A DNA stretch of 64,000 nt from Candidatus Methanomethylicia archaeon. Its GTDB lineage: Archaea; Thermoproteota; Methanomethylicia; CALHIW01. Position 1 is the stretch's first letter; the number at the start of each line of letters is the position of its first letter. The stretch spans positions 64,001-128,000 of the forward strand of contig JAWBQF010000003.1 in NCBI GenBank assembly GCA_038845975.1, in the 5' to 3' direction. Of this stretch, positions 11,440 through 22,047 are shown piece by piece. The position numbers were made by a program, and so were the translations under genes. The notes beneath the pieces were generated by a model that had not been told where the DNA came from, did not search any database, and worked only from the letters and a program-made list of their open reading frames with translations.

Positions 11440-13218
11440 CTATGGAATAAGGCTTACTGGCCTGTAGTTTACTGTGTCTATGAGTCCTTTCTCAGTTATT
11501 CTTAGTTCAGGTAGGACATCTAGAGCTAGTAGAGATATTGTCATGAATGGGGAAATCCATCTACATCCTTTCTCCCTCCATATTTTATATGTTTTTTCAA
11601 GTTCTTCAGCAACTGTTTCAGGCTCCTCTATTGACATGAGTCCAGCTAGGGGAAGCCTAATGAATGCTAGCTTCTCCCCTTTATCTACGGTGATTATTCC
11701 ACCTCCTTCTTTTTCAAGTTCTCTTATTGCCATTACCATGTCTTCATCTCTTAAACCTATTACTAATATATTATGGTTGTCATGAGCTACTGTTGATGCA
11801 ATTGCTCCAAGCTTAAATCCAAAGCCTTTTACGAATCCAAGTCCTATTTCTCCAGTCCCCCTATGTCTCTCGATTACGGCAATCTTGTATATATTTCTCT
11901 CAGCATCAGGTAGGATAATGCTATTGTTAACATGTAGCTCTTCTATGGAGCTTCTTGTTAATACGCTTCCTTCAATTGCTTCTATTGCTCTAACTTCAAT
12001 TTTTCCCTCTTCAATAGGGGCTCTTACCTCAAGATCCTTCGTTTTTATTTCTCTTCCTATATTTACTGTTTTTAAATGTTTTTCTTCATATTTCGGTTTC
12101 TCCAAATCTGCTAATAGCCTTCCATTTCTTGCAATTACTTTTCCATCTGCAATTACTGTTTCAACTTCAACCCTGCTTAGATTCCTCAATATAAGAATAT
12201 CGGCATATTTAGATGGTGCTATACTTCCTATTTCTCTATCTAGATTGTAGTGTTCTGCTGGATTTATTGTAGCCATCTGTATTGCTCTAATAGGGTCAAC
12301 TCCCTCCTCTATTGCTCTTCTTACAACATGATTCATATGTCCCTGCTTCAGTATGGAGTTTATTTCCCTATCGTCTGTTACTAGGCAGGCATGTCTTGAA
12401 TCTATTTTCGTCTCTGTTATTGCCTTTACTGTTTCAGCTACATCAAGCCAAGCAGATCCCTCCCTCATATATACATACATGCCAAGTCTCAGTCTTTCAA
12501 CCGCATCTATTTTCCTTGTTAATTCATGAGATGATGAAATTCCAGCAGCAACATAAGCTGTAAGATCTCTTCCTAATAGGCCTGCATCATGCCCCTCAAC
12601 TACTTTTCCAATTTTATGTGTAACATTTATCTTTTCAAACACCTCCATATCTACTGATAAAACTCCTGGATAATTCATCATTTCCCCTAGCCCTACTACC
12701 TCATTCCAGCTAAGCATTTCCTCTACTTCTCTTGGTCCAAGATATGCTCCGGATGTTTCAAACATCGGATTTGCTGGTACACATGATGGAGCAGTTATGA
12801 AAACCTTAAGAGGAAGATTTTTCCCCTCCATAATCATAAGTTTTACTCCATCTAGTCCTAGTACATTTGCTATTTCATGTGGATCTATGAAGACTGTTGT
12901 AGTTCCTCTCGGTAAAACAGTTTTCGCAAATCCTGTTAGATTTAGCATACTACTTTCAACATGAACGTGAGCATCTAAAAATCCTGGAACCACATATTTC
13001 CTCTCCGCATCAATAATGATGGTATTATCTCCTACTGTATGAGATATATCCCCAATACTTGCAATTCTATCCCCCTTTACAGCTATTCCCCAACCCTCCA
13101 GAACCTCTCCAGAATTCACGTTAACAAGAGTTGAGTTAAGAATAGCTAGATCTGCTTTCTCTATTCCTAAAGCCACCTTAACTAGAGATTTAGAAACTTC
13201 CCAAAGCTTACTTCTCAT
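11440..13218 (-). CDS. ade: Adenine deaminase
   Basis: PGFLDAHVHVESS, DPHEIAN, LGEMMN, MATINPA and STVAHDNHN. Confidence 0.95.
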   Translation of the reverse strand: MRSKLWEVSKSLVKVALGIEKADLAILNSTLVNVNSGEVLEGWGIAVKGDRIASIGDISHTVGDNTIIIDAERKYVVPGFLDAHVHVESSMLNLTGFAKTVLPRGTTTVFIDPHEIANVLGLDGVKLMIMEGKNLPLKVFITAPSCVPANPMFETSGAYLGPREVEEMLSWNEVVGLGEMMNYPGVLSVDMEVFEKINVTHKIGKVVEGHDAGLLGRDLTAYVAAGISSSHELTRKIDAVERLRLGMYVYMREGSAWLDVAETVKAITETKIDSRHACLVTDDREINSILKQGHMNHVVRRAIEEGVDPIRAIQMATINPAEHYNLDREIGSIAPSKYADILILRNLSRVEVETVIADGKVIARNGRLLADLEKPKYEEKHLKTVNIGREIKTKDLEVRAPIEEGKIEVRAIEAIEGSVLTRSSIEELHVNNSIILPDAERNIYKIAVIERHRGTGEIGLGFVKGFGFKLGAIASTVAHDNHNILVIGLRDEDMVMAIRELEKEGGGIITVDKGEKLAFIRLPLAGLMSIEEPETVAEELEKTYKIWREKGCRWISPFMTISLLALDVLPELRITEKGLIDTVNYRPVSLIP

Positions 13219-13414
13219 AGGATTTCCTACATAGCTAGAATAAATACTTTCCTATAATCGGTACGATCAAGTTAAATCCTAAACTTTATGAGTTACTATA
13301 TACTAACTTAATGGTATTATCTATACCTCACAGTAAATTAGAGTTATGATTAACTAGGCTATTTGTATTTAGCTATAAGATTAGAATTATAGTGTTTATG
13401 ACGTCTATTAATTA

Positions 13415-14059
13415 CTATATATTGGGTTTTGTAAACTGTTCTGTTGCCTTTAGTAGCCATATGTTTTCTCTTCTTGCTTTCTCTATTAGTTCAGACATTG
13501 GTAGCGACGTGTAAATGTCTGGTATAATTCTTTCTCTAAGTAGATTTGGATACTTCTCCCTTAACTTCTTTGGTTTTCTCTTTAATTCATTTATAGCTTT
13601 CACTCCAGCTCTAACCTTAGCTTCACCAACAATACATAGATTATCTGAAACGCCATAAATATTAACTTCAATATCTGGAAGTGTTAAAGATGTAATCTCA
13701 ACATTAATACCCATCTCCTTAAGTCTATGCTTAACTACTGATCTAGCTTCATCTTCAACATCTACTGTAAGCTTCTCCAAAGTTTTCTCAATTCTGCCAA
13801 GTCTAGCAAGCATACTTCTAAAATCTTTTCTAAGTGCTATTTGCTCTTTTCTAAGTTCAGCTATCTCGTTGGTTAAGGACTCAAATTTCTTTGAGTGTTC
13901 AAGAAGTTTAGCTCCTATAGCTTCAAATCCATTTTTCATATATGTTGCTAGAGATTCAATAGCTTTAGCCATGGTCTTCATCTCTCTAGTTTTAGATTTC
14001 TCTACTGTCTTCTTAATGATTTTCTCAATATCACTCCATGAAATACTAGTTGAAGACAT
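13415..14059 (-). CDS. Archaeal coiled-coil protein with C-terminal PD-(D/E)xK-like domain
   Basis: Heptad coiled coil followed by EVNIYG...VGEAK. Confidence 0.55.
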   Translation of the reverse strand: MSSTSISWSDIEKIIKKTVEKSKTREMKTMAKAIESLATYMKNGFEAIGAKLLEHSKKFESLTNEIAELRKEQIALRKDFRSMLARLGRIEKTLEKLTVDVEDEARSVVKHRLKEMGINVEITSLTLPDIEVNIYGVSDNLCIVGEAKVRAGVKAINELKRKPKKLREKYPNLLRERIIPDIYTSLPMSELIEKARRENIWLLKATEQFTKPNI

Positions 14060-14148
14060 TACTCATTATAACACAAGATTATTTTTAAACATTTCTAAGC
14101 TTTGCATTCAATTATATGTGGTGCTTACATTTGCAGAGGAAATTAATC

Positions 14149-15009
14149 CTATGTGTAATACTTATTCTTCATGTTTACAATTTCTCTCATAAGCCTCTCT
14201 GCATAGCTTCTATCATGATATGCTTTAATTCTTTTAATTGTTGTATCGTAGACATCTATGGATTCCTCCTCTAATTCTCCCCTTGAATATCTTGGATCTA
14301 TCTCAATTAGCTTCTCAATTAATATTTTCCTCTCCTACTTAGGCATTATTTTCGGATCCGTCATTGCAGATGCTCTTGCAGGATTCCTTCATCTAATAGG
14401 TATTTTAAGGCTTTAAATGGTAATTCATAATATTCACCTAATGCTCCTGTTCTCTGAGTAAATCTTTCCGGAGTTGCAGCTTTAAATGAAACCCTAACAT
14501 AGATGAAGCTTGAAAACCTTGATAGCTTCCTTACATAGTCTCTATCAGCTCCGAGAATTATACCGTTTGTTTCAAGATAGAATGGGAAGTTTAGATTTTC
14601 AACATATTCCAGAAGAGTGAAAAGATGTTCCTTACCGATAGTAGGCTCACATCCAGATAGGCGGAGCTTATTGATTTTCGGTATCTTTAATCTCCAGTAT
14701 GGTGAGTATATATTATACCCTTCTCAGCTGCCTCTAGAAGTTTTTCAGCCGCATTTCTTGGGGAGTAGAATTCCCCAAAAATTTCAGGGAAGTCTCTTGA
14801 CCAGTTACTCCAACAATAGAAGTATCGTAAACAACAGCCAACAGCATAACCGGTAGCAATACCCCTATAAACAGGAACTGAGTAGAAATCAGTATATTTC
14901 CCCTCAACACCGTTGGGCCCCTCCTAGTAACTATGGCTTCTGTTCTCCTCGCTAACTCTAGAGGATCAAAGGGTTTAAACCCCTCAACTAGGAAATGCTG
15001 ATACTCCAT
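14149..15009 (-). pseudogene. Radical SAM protein pseudogene
   Basis: Frameshift near 14900 and an internal stop near 14340; CxxxCxxC degraded to GCCLRYFYC; SGCEPT and LETNG motifs. Confidence 0.8.
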
Positions 15010-15146
15010 ATCCTTAAGCCACTTAATTTACTAATATTTCCTTAGCTTTAAAGCTTCCTATTATGTATTTTGTTACGTTTAAATTGCTGGAGTTGATGGG
15101 GAGCATTAAGTTAATGAGAACCTAATGTCAGCCTGAGAGCATGGGT

Positions 15147-15971
15147 TTAATGTTTCCTATTTCTATATCCATTAATGCAGCCGATCTTTATTTCGCTTGA
15201 AAGCTTAGCTATTTCAGGTAGTTTCTGAAAGGGGTTGTTTAAGTTTTCTGAATATACTTTTGCATAAGCACTTCCCACAACAACTCCATCCGCGCCAGCT
15301 GATACTATGGTTTCAGCATGTTCTCCTCTAGATACTCCGAATCCAACCATTACTGGGATTTCTGCTTCCTTCTTTACGTTTCTTATTAGGTTTGTTATTG
15401 TTTTCCAGCTCCTTATTTTTGATCCTGTAACTCCCTTGATTCCTATGATGTAAATGAAGCCTGAAGCCTCCGCTACTATCTTTCTAAGTCTCTCTCTAGA
15501 TGTTGTTGGTGAAACCTGTAGAATTAGGTTTAAATTTCTTCCTCTAATTATGTTTAGGAAGGGTTTAGCCTCCTCTATGGGTAGATCTGGAATTAAGATT
15601 CCTTGAGCTCCAGTTCGTTTTATCTTATCTAGGAAGTTATTGAAGCCCATAACGTATGGGATATTGAAGTACGTAGTAACTATTATAGGCATTTCTAATC
15701 CTAAATCTCTAAGCTTTTTAATTCCCTCTATACATCTATTCGGCGTTATGCCTGCTTTTAAAGCTCTTTCACATGCTGCCCGGAATACTTCACCGTCAGC
15801 TATAGGGTCTGAGAAGGGAATTCCGAACTCTACGATGTCCACTCCATTACTGGTAAGTGTTTCTATAAGTTTAATTGAGAACTCCTCGTTTGGATCTCCA
15901 TAGTATATATGGGCTATATGTCCACCCTCTTTACGTTTCTTTAACTCTTGGAGTTTCTCTTCAAGATCCAT
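15147..15971 (-). CDS. trpA: Tryptophan synthase alpha chain
   Basis: EFGIPFSDPIADG, PDLP, GVTG and VGFGV. Confidence 0.95.
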   Translation of the reverse strand: MDLEEKLQELKKRKEGGHIAHIYYGDPNEEFSIKLIETLTSNGVDIVEFGIPFSDPIADGEVFRAACERALKAGITPNRCIEGIKKLRDLGLEMPIIVTTYFNIPYVMGFNNFLDKIKRTGAQGILIPDLPIEEAKPFLNIIRGRNLNLILQVSPTTSRERLRKIVAEASGFIYIIGIKGVTGSKIRSWKTITNLIRNVKKEAEIPVMVGFGVSRGEHAETIVSAGADGVVVGSAYAKVYSENLNNPFQKLPEIAKLSSEIKIGCINGYRNRKH

Positions 15972-17130
15972 AGAAACTCCTTAAAATAGTGTCTAGGTCT
16001 TTATCTCCTCTTCCAGAATGGTTTATAACGACTATTTCATCATGGCTAAATTCTTCCCTATGGTTTAACACGTATGCTATGGCATGTGCTGTTTCAAGAG
16101 CTGGTATAAGTCCTTCTGTTCTACACATTATTTTCACCGCCTCATAAACATCATTATCAAAAACATAGCATGGCTTAACTCTCCCGATCTCGCAGAGATA
16201 TGATATTTCAGGCCCTCTTCCAGGGTAATTTAGTCCAGCAGCTCTAGTTCTTGATGGTTTTATTTGTCCATACTCATCCTGTAGGATCTGCATTAAGCTT
16301 CCATGGAGAACTCCCGGTCTTCCAAGCTGGAAGGCAGCTGCACTATTATCAGCATTAAGGTTTTCCCCACCTCCCTCAACAAAGTATAGCCTAACGTTTT
16401 CCTCGTTAATGAATGGCTTAAATATGCCGAGAGCATTACTTCCACCGCTTCCACATGCTACTATAGCGTCAGGTAGTCTCCCCTCCTTCTCAAGTATTTG
16501 TTGTTTAGTCTCCTTTCCTATTATGCTTTGGAATGATGTGACAATTGTTGGAAATGGATGTGGGCCGACAGCCGATCCTATGAGGTAATGTGTTGTCTTC
16601 TGGCATGAAGCCCATTCCCTAAGGGTTTCCGAAACAGCATCCTTTAAAACACCTTCCCCTGCTTTTATAGGTCTTATTCTTGCTCCTAGAAGCTTCATCT
16701 TCTTAACGTTAACTGTTTGACGTTTAATATCCTTAACGCCTATAAATATTTCTGTTTTAAGACCACATATATTCCCAGCCATAACTGTAGCTAGGCCATG
16801 CTGTCCAGCAGCAGTTTCAGTTATTAAACGTTTCTTACCCATTTTTTTAGCTAGGAGAGCCTGCCCTAGAGTATTATTAAGCTTATGTGATCCGCCGCAA
16901 AGTAAATCCTCCCTCTTCAAATATATTTTGAAGCCTACAAATCTACTGAGGTTTCTCGCATAGTAGAGTGGTGTTGGTCTTCCACCGTAATCTCTTAGGA
17001 GCTCTATAAGCTCCTCTTGAAACTCTGGTGTTGGATATATTTTTTCGAATGCTTCTTCAAGCTCTATGAGGGCCTGCATTAAAACCTCACTTATGTATTG
17101 TCCACCATATCTTCCAAACCTTCCCTTCAA
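15961..17130 (-). CDS. trpB: Tryptophan synthase beta chain
   Basis: YLKREDL..GSHKLNN, GQHG, GPHPFP, GGSNA, PALETAHA and SGRGDKD. Confidence 0.96.
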   Translation of the reverse strand: MKGRFGRYGGQYISEVLMQALIELEEAFEKIYPTPEFQEELIELLRDYGGRPTPLYYARNLSRFVGFKIYLKREDLLCGGSHKLNNTLGQALLAKKMGKKRLITETAAGQHGLATVMAGNICGLKTEIFIGVKDIKRQTVNVKKMKLLGARIRPIKAGEGVLKDAVSETLREWASCQKTTHYLIGSAVGPHPFPTIVTSFQSIIGKETKQQILEKEGRLPDAIVACGSGGSNALGIFKPFINEENVRLYFVEGGGENLNADNSAAAFQLGRPGVLHGSLMQILQDEYGQIKPSRTRAAGLNYPGRGPEISYLCEIGRVKPCYVFDNDVYEAVKIMCRTEGLIPALETAHAIAYVLNHREEFSHDEIVVINHSGRGDKDLDTILRSFYGS

Positions 17131-17154
17131 GTACGTTCACCTAGTCATCTATAG

Positions 17155-17475
17155 CTATACTTGGAATCTTCTTCCAGTAGCGTATAGCATGCCCCCAGTA
17201 ATTTCCTTTACTGAGATTGGAGGATCATCCATACATATGGTATCTACTCTATCCTGTACTATAACTCTTCCATTCTTCACTATTACAATTATTTTAGGAT
17301 CAAAGCCTATGAAGGAGTATTCCGTAAGATTCTCAGGTTCAGTAAGAGATTCTAGAATGTGGATGTAATCATAGTGTTGATGGATTTTTACGAAGAACTC
17401 CAAAGGGAATTTTCTGTTTTTAATCCTTATTATTTCTGGTTTATGGTTAATGGTTTTCTGGAAGTTTAAGGTCAT
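17155..17475 (-). pseudogene. trpE: Anthranilate synthase component I, N-terminal stub only
   Basis: ILES...YSFIGFDP motif in 106 aa; chorismate-binding domain absent; lies inside the trp operon. Confidence 0.75.
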
Positions 17476-17539
17476 ATTAATCCCACTTAATCATACGACA
17501 TTTCCAACATATTAGTGGTTTATCTAGGTTAAGTATGAT

Positions 17540-18340
17540 TTATTTAGCTGTTTCATGTAGCTCTTGATTTAGTAAACATAGCTCCATAACTTTACCTCTT
17601 ATATCCCTAGCTTCACTTATAGCTGTTCCAACAAGTATTCCATCGGCATACTTCATTACGAACTTAACATCATCAACACATCTTATCCCTGACTCGCTTA
17701 CTAGGAATTCCGCATTAACCATTTCCGAAAGTATTTCCGTCTTCTTAAGATCTTTATCCTCCCCCTCACCGTTATTTATTCCTACAAGTCTTGTGGAAGT
17801 TCTGGATATTATTTCAGCATCTCTAGCTGTACTTATTTCAACTAACGGCTCCATATTGAAGCTTCTTCCAAGCTGTATTAGATCCTCTATATCCCTATGT
17901 TTTTCAAATTGGTCTGCTATGAGGAGGTATGAGCTTGCGCCTGTAGCTGCAGTTTCATATATTTGAAATTCCTCAATAATTAAATCCTTTCTTAAGGTTG
18001 GAATATTAAATAGTCTTGAGGTAACATATAGATAATATAGTGATCCACGATAGTATACGGGTTCAGTAAGTATTGAGATGGCTGCTGCTCCACCCTTAAT
18101 CATCTCCGATATTGTGGTAATAGGATCATAATAGAAGCGATATATGGCTCTAGGTGATGCTGGCTTAAACTCAGCTATAAGTGGAACCCTATCCTTAACT
18201 GATTTAAGCGTTGAAATGATGTTTAGCCTCATAATCTTTCTAGCTTCATCAGCAAGCTCTTCAAGCTGTTTAGTATCTATACGTTGCTTATCGTAGAGTA
18301 TATGTCTACGCATATCACTAAATATTTCACTTCTACTCAT
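17540..18340 (-). CDS. trpC: Indole-3-glycerol-phosphate synthase
   Basis: IAEFKPASP, ISILTE, LRKD, VSESGI and LVGTAI. Confidence 0.92.
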   Translation of the reverse strand: MSRSEIFSDMRRHILYDKQRIDTKQLEELADEARKIMRLNIISTLKSVKDRVPLIAEFKPASPRAIYRFYYDPITTISEMIKGGAAAISILTEPVYYRGSLYYLYVTSRLFNIPTLRKDLIIEEFQIYETAATGASSYLLIADQFEKHRDIEDLIQLGRSFNMEPLVEISTARDAEIISRTSTRLVGINNGEGEDKDLKKTEILSEMVNAEFLVSESGIRCVDDVKFVMKYADGILVGTAISEARDIRGKVMELCLLNQELHETAK

Positions 18341-19420
18341 CTATATCCTCCATGAAGACTCAACTATTTCTTCAAGTTTCTTATAGGCTAATCCATCATC
18401 TATAATCTTCCCGGCAAGCTCAACCCCATCCCTAAAGCTTTTAACTAGCCTACCTACAAGAAGTGATCCTGCAGTATTTACAAGTAGGAAGTCTCTTTTC
18501 TCTTTCCTCTCCTCTCCTCTTAGAATTCTCCTTATTATTTCAGCATTACATTTAGGATTGTCCTCTTCAGGTTTTAAATCCTCCACTTTAGCCTTCTTAA
18601 TCCCGAAATCCTCAGGAGTAACTTCATATATGTCTTTAACTCTACCATTCTCGATTTCTGCTATTAGTGTAGGTCCTGTATTTGAAACTTCATCCAGTCC
18701 ATCCAATCCATGAACGACCAGAGCCTTAACGTATCCTAGTCTTGCAAGAACTTCAGCTACTGGTTTAACAAGCTCTCTCCTATATACTCCTAATACATGA
18801 GCCTTAACGTGAGCTGGATTTATTAATGGACCTATAACAGTATAGAATACTGTTTTAACTCCAAGTTCGCTTTCAGGCTTTAAAACCTTACCCATTACTG
18901 GATGGAATAGAGGAGCGTAGAGAAATGCGTATCCAACCGTTTCAATAAGTTTCTCAGCTTGGCTCTTCGTTAAATTTATGTTAATACCTAATGCCTCAAG
19001 TACATCTGCACTTCCTGACATATGGGAAATAGATCTACTTCCATGTTTTGCTACAGGTATTCCAGCGGCTGCAGTAACTATACTATTAGCAGTACTTACA
19101 TTAAATGTTAATAATCCACCACCAGTACCACAAACATCAACAATTAAATTGTTAACTCTAGGCTTCACAACAATAGCGTTTAAACGCATCCATTCAGCAA
19201 TAGCTGTAAGCTCCTCAACACTAACACCCTTAATTGCTAATCCTATAAGAAAACCGCCGATCTGTGTATCTGTCACATGATTATTCTTTATCTCTTCAAG
19301 AACGTTAAATATCTCATCCCTACTTAACCTCTCTCCTCTTACAAGTTTATCTATAGCTTCCTGGATATGTAATCCTTTAATTACCATTGGGACATAATTC
19401 CACCGGATATTAACGTTCAT
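18341..19420 (-). CDS. trpD: Anthranilate phosphoribosyltransferase
   Basis: DVCGTGG, FNVST, AKHGSRS, GSADVLEALG and DGLDE. Confidence 0.96.
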   Translation of the reverse strand: MNVNIRWNYVPMVIKGLHIQEAIDKLVRGERLSRDEIFNVLEEIKNNHVTDTQIGGFLIGLAIKGVSVEELTAIAEWMRLNAIVVKPRVNNLIVDVCGTGGGLLTFNVSTANSIVTAAAGIPVAKHGSRSISHMSGSADVLEALGININLTKSQAEKLIETVGYAFLYAPLFHPVMGKVLKPESELGVKTVFYTVIGPLINPAHVKAHVLGVYRRELVKPVAEVLARLGYVKALVVHGLDGLDEVSNTGPTLIAEIENGRVKDIYEVTPEDFGIKKAKVEDLKPEEDNPKCNAEIIRRILRGEERKEKRDFLLVNTAGSLLVGRLVKSFRDGVELAGKIIDDGLAYKKLEEIVESSWRI

Positions 19421-19816
19421 ATTAAGCTATTTAAGTCTTTCCTGTACAAAAATGAGTATTGCAAATCTAGTGAAGTTGTAATTTGTAGACTAGATCTAGT
19501 AGAGAATTATTGAAATCTGTTTAAGTAGCTTGCTGATTGTAGTATTGGATTTCCAGCCCATATATTAAACATGTTCTGCAAGTTGTTGAAGTTATATTAG
19601 AGTTTGCGGTTTACTTGTATTTATTGCTTCTCTTGATTTACTGGATGCTTACTCATGTATTTAAGCGTTTTCTTCTATTTCATCAGTACAGCTTCCTATT
19701 GTTTATTATGTTAGGTTATGGTTTACTCAGCGTCTTAATATATTTATGAGTATGATTATCATTATTTATTAGCAGCTTAATGCTTAACATATACAATTCT
19801 AGGGATAGATTCCGTT

Positions 19817-19945
19817 AGCTTTGTGACTTAATATTCATTTCTCGTAATCTATATCATTAAATACTATGGTTATAGGAATGTTTATTAAGCTTTTCGTAAT
19901 TTATGTAAACTTGAATTTGCAAATTTCAGAATTAAGCCACAAAGC
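19817..19945. mobile_element. ~130-bp MITE with IS6-like ends
   Basis: GCTTTGTGACTTAAT / ATTAAGCCACAAAGC inverted repeats; 8-bp direct repeat ATTCCGTT at 19809 and 19946. Confidence 0.7.
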
Positions 19946-20372
19946 ATTCCGTTTATTATTCTATAACTCCATCTATATATCAATGATGTGTTAGTATTTT
20001 AGAGCTATTGACTAGTAATGGTTGCTAATTTTCTTGATTGTTTGATGGAGATTCTGATTATGGATTGAATGTTTATACACTTCTATCGCTTACATATTCT
20101 AGTGGATGGCTATTCATATGTATTTCCATGATTACATGATACTGGAATTACTATAAATCTATTGGAAGCTAATCGATTAACTATGGAAACATTTAGTAAT
20201 GGGGAAGAGATTAACAGAACTATATCATTCATTAAAGAAGCGGAATTGAACCTGTAAGCCCAATAAGATACTAGTAGTAAAATTCAAGTTTACACTTATA
20301 GAATTTTCTTAATTCTACTTGAAGCTATAATGTTTACGTTAGATTTATATTTGTAGGGTTCATATATTTTCG

Positions 20373-20798
20373 GTGTTGGATATGCATTTATGGATTAAGG
20401 AGTTTGAGAAGGTTGTTGAAAGTATAAAAACATCTAATAGACGATTACAAACCCTTATAGAGCTTATGAAGTCTAAGAGGATTTCCCAATTAACATTTGA
20501 GTATTTAAAGAGAAGCTATGAATCTGAAGCTAAAAGTATCGAGGAGAGACGTAGAAGCCTACTTGATAGATTAAGAAATTACCTTAACGAAATCGATCAG
20601 CAGATAAAATCTATTGAGAAACGTATTGTCAGCATTGAGGAGAGATATACTGTAGGGGAAATAGATGAGGAATCCTACAAGAAACAGATAGAAGCATTAC
20701 AAACAATACTTCAAGGAGTAACTGAAGAATTCGAATCTGTCAAGAAATCAATAGCTGTACTAGAGGAGTTAAAGATAGAGCTTCCAGGAGAACTATAG
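20373..20798 (+). CDS. CdvA-like coiled-coil protein (no PRC barrel)
   Basis: RRLQTLIELMKSKRISQLTFEYL...EERYTVGEIDEESY pattern typical of the CdvA coiled coil. Confidence 0.65.
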   Translation: MLDMHLWIKEFEKVVESIKTSNRRLQTLIELMKSKRISQLTFEYLKRSYESEAKSIEERRRSLLDRLRNYLNEIDQQIKSIEKRIVSIEERYTVGEIDEESYKKQIEALQTILQGVTEEFESVKKSIAVLEELKIELPGEL

Positions 20799-20857
20799 TA
20801 GAACCCATACTCTAAAATGAAATACTGTTAGTGTATGGAGTTACATAAAGGATTTAG

Positions 20858-21334
20858 ATGGCTAAGAGACACTTAATGTTTTGTAAAGACTTTAAAGAGT
20901 TTGCTTATAACAAGTTTGAAAACTACATACTTAAAATTTTTGTTTTAGGTTCAGCTAAACGTGGAGAATGGGTTTACGGTAGGTCAGATATAGATATAAT
21001 TGTTGTATTGAGGAGAAAAGGTGTTGAAAGCTTTATATGTAAGTATTATTGGTATTTAGATTTAAAATATGAAACAAACATAATAAACATACCGTTCTAT
21101 CATCCTCCAATAATGTTTGTTAGAAATAATATAGATTATAAGCTTGCATTTATAGATTTAATTCCTAATAAATCTCCACGTTTAAGTATGATTTTGAAGA
21201 AATCACTTCACTGTATAGTTCCAAGAATTAAATACTTAAAACCATGGCTTACAAAACATCCAGTAATTGCTAGTAATCTATTCCTAGCAATACTCCTCCC
21301 TATTAGGAGTCTAGCTAGAAAGCTAGAGTCGTAA
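20858..21334 (+). CDS. Minimal (Pol-beta) nucleotidyltransferase domain protein
   Basis: VLGSAKRGE...SDIDIIVV. Confidence 0.8.
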   Translation: MAKRHLMFCKDFKEFAYNKFENYILKIFVLGSAKRGEWVYGRSDIDIIVVLRRKGVESFICKYYWYLDLKYETNIINIPFYHPPIMFVRNNIDYKLAFIDLIPNKSPRLSMILKKSLHCIVPRIKYLKPWLTKHPVIASNLFLAILLPIRSLARKLES

Positions 21335-21494
21335 AGTCTAAATACCACCATTCTACATAGCTTAAGTTACATTAAATTTGATGGGAGACATAAAGCTTTA
21401 GCTCTTGAATGAGTAAGTATACCAATACTATTCTAGGAGTATATTGCCTATTTTAGCATCTTACCTGTTTACTATAATGAAAAATAATGGGGAT

Positions 21495-21785
21495 TTATTT
21501 AAGCTCCTCCTCGGTCCTCCTCTTTTTTACAGCTCTATCAAACAATATCCAGTTTCTATACCACTCCTCATTCTCTCTTTTAAGCAGTTCAAGAATCATT
21601 TTAGTTAGCTCAATAGCACTTATATCTGAAACTCCCTTATCTAGAAGCCTTCCCTCAACGATCTTAGCTATCTTTCTAGAAGCCTCCAATGCCGCGCCGG
21701 CCTTTAAACAGCTTACAACCACCTTTTCATATACGAATTCCTCTCTTGACCCGTTACGTTTAGAAACATAAATCATAGACGTCAA
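21495..21785 (-). CDS. Stand-alone ATP-cone domain protein
   Basis: VSKRNGSREEFVYEKV. Confidence 0.8.
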   Translation of the reverse strand: MTSMIYVSKRNGSREEFVYEKVVVSCLKAGAALEASRKIAKIVEGRLLDKGVSDISAIELTKMILELLKRENEEWYRNWILFDRAVKKRRTEEELK

Positions 21786-22047
21786 AATATTATTACCTAA
21801 ATAATTTATAAAGTTTTACTATTATATCAATATTACCTCCATGTATTTAACTCTGAATAAGTTAATAAAGATACATTTCAAAATCATTTCTTAATTCCCC
21901 GTGAAGTTCAAGTTTAAATCTTGATATAATGAATCTGTAATCATATTAATAACCATGACAATCTAGGAAAGTGAATTTAAGTTACTATGTCCAAATTTAA
22001 ACAGGGAAAGTTTAAATATTGAAGGAATACTTAGCATGTAGAGTAGT

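Noticed and set aside
15086-15142. Possible box C/D sRNA
   Set aside because: Box C is imperfect (TTGATGG) and no target can be verified.
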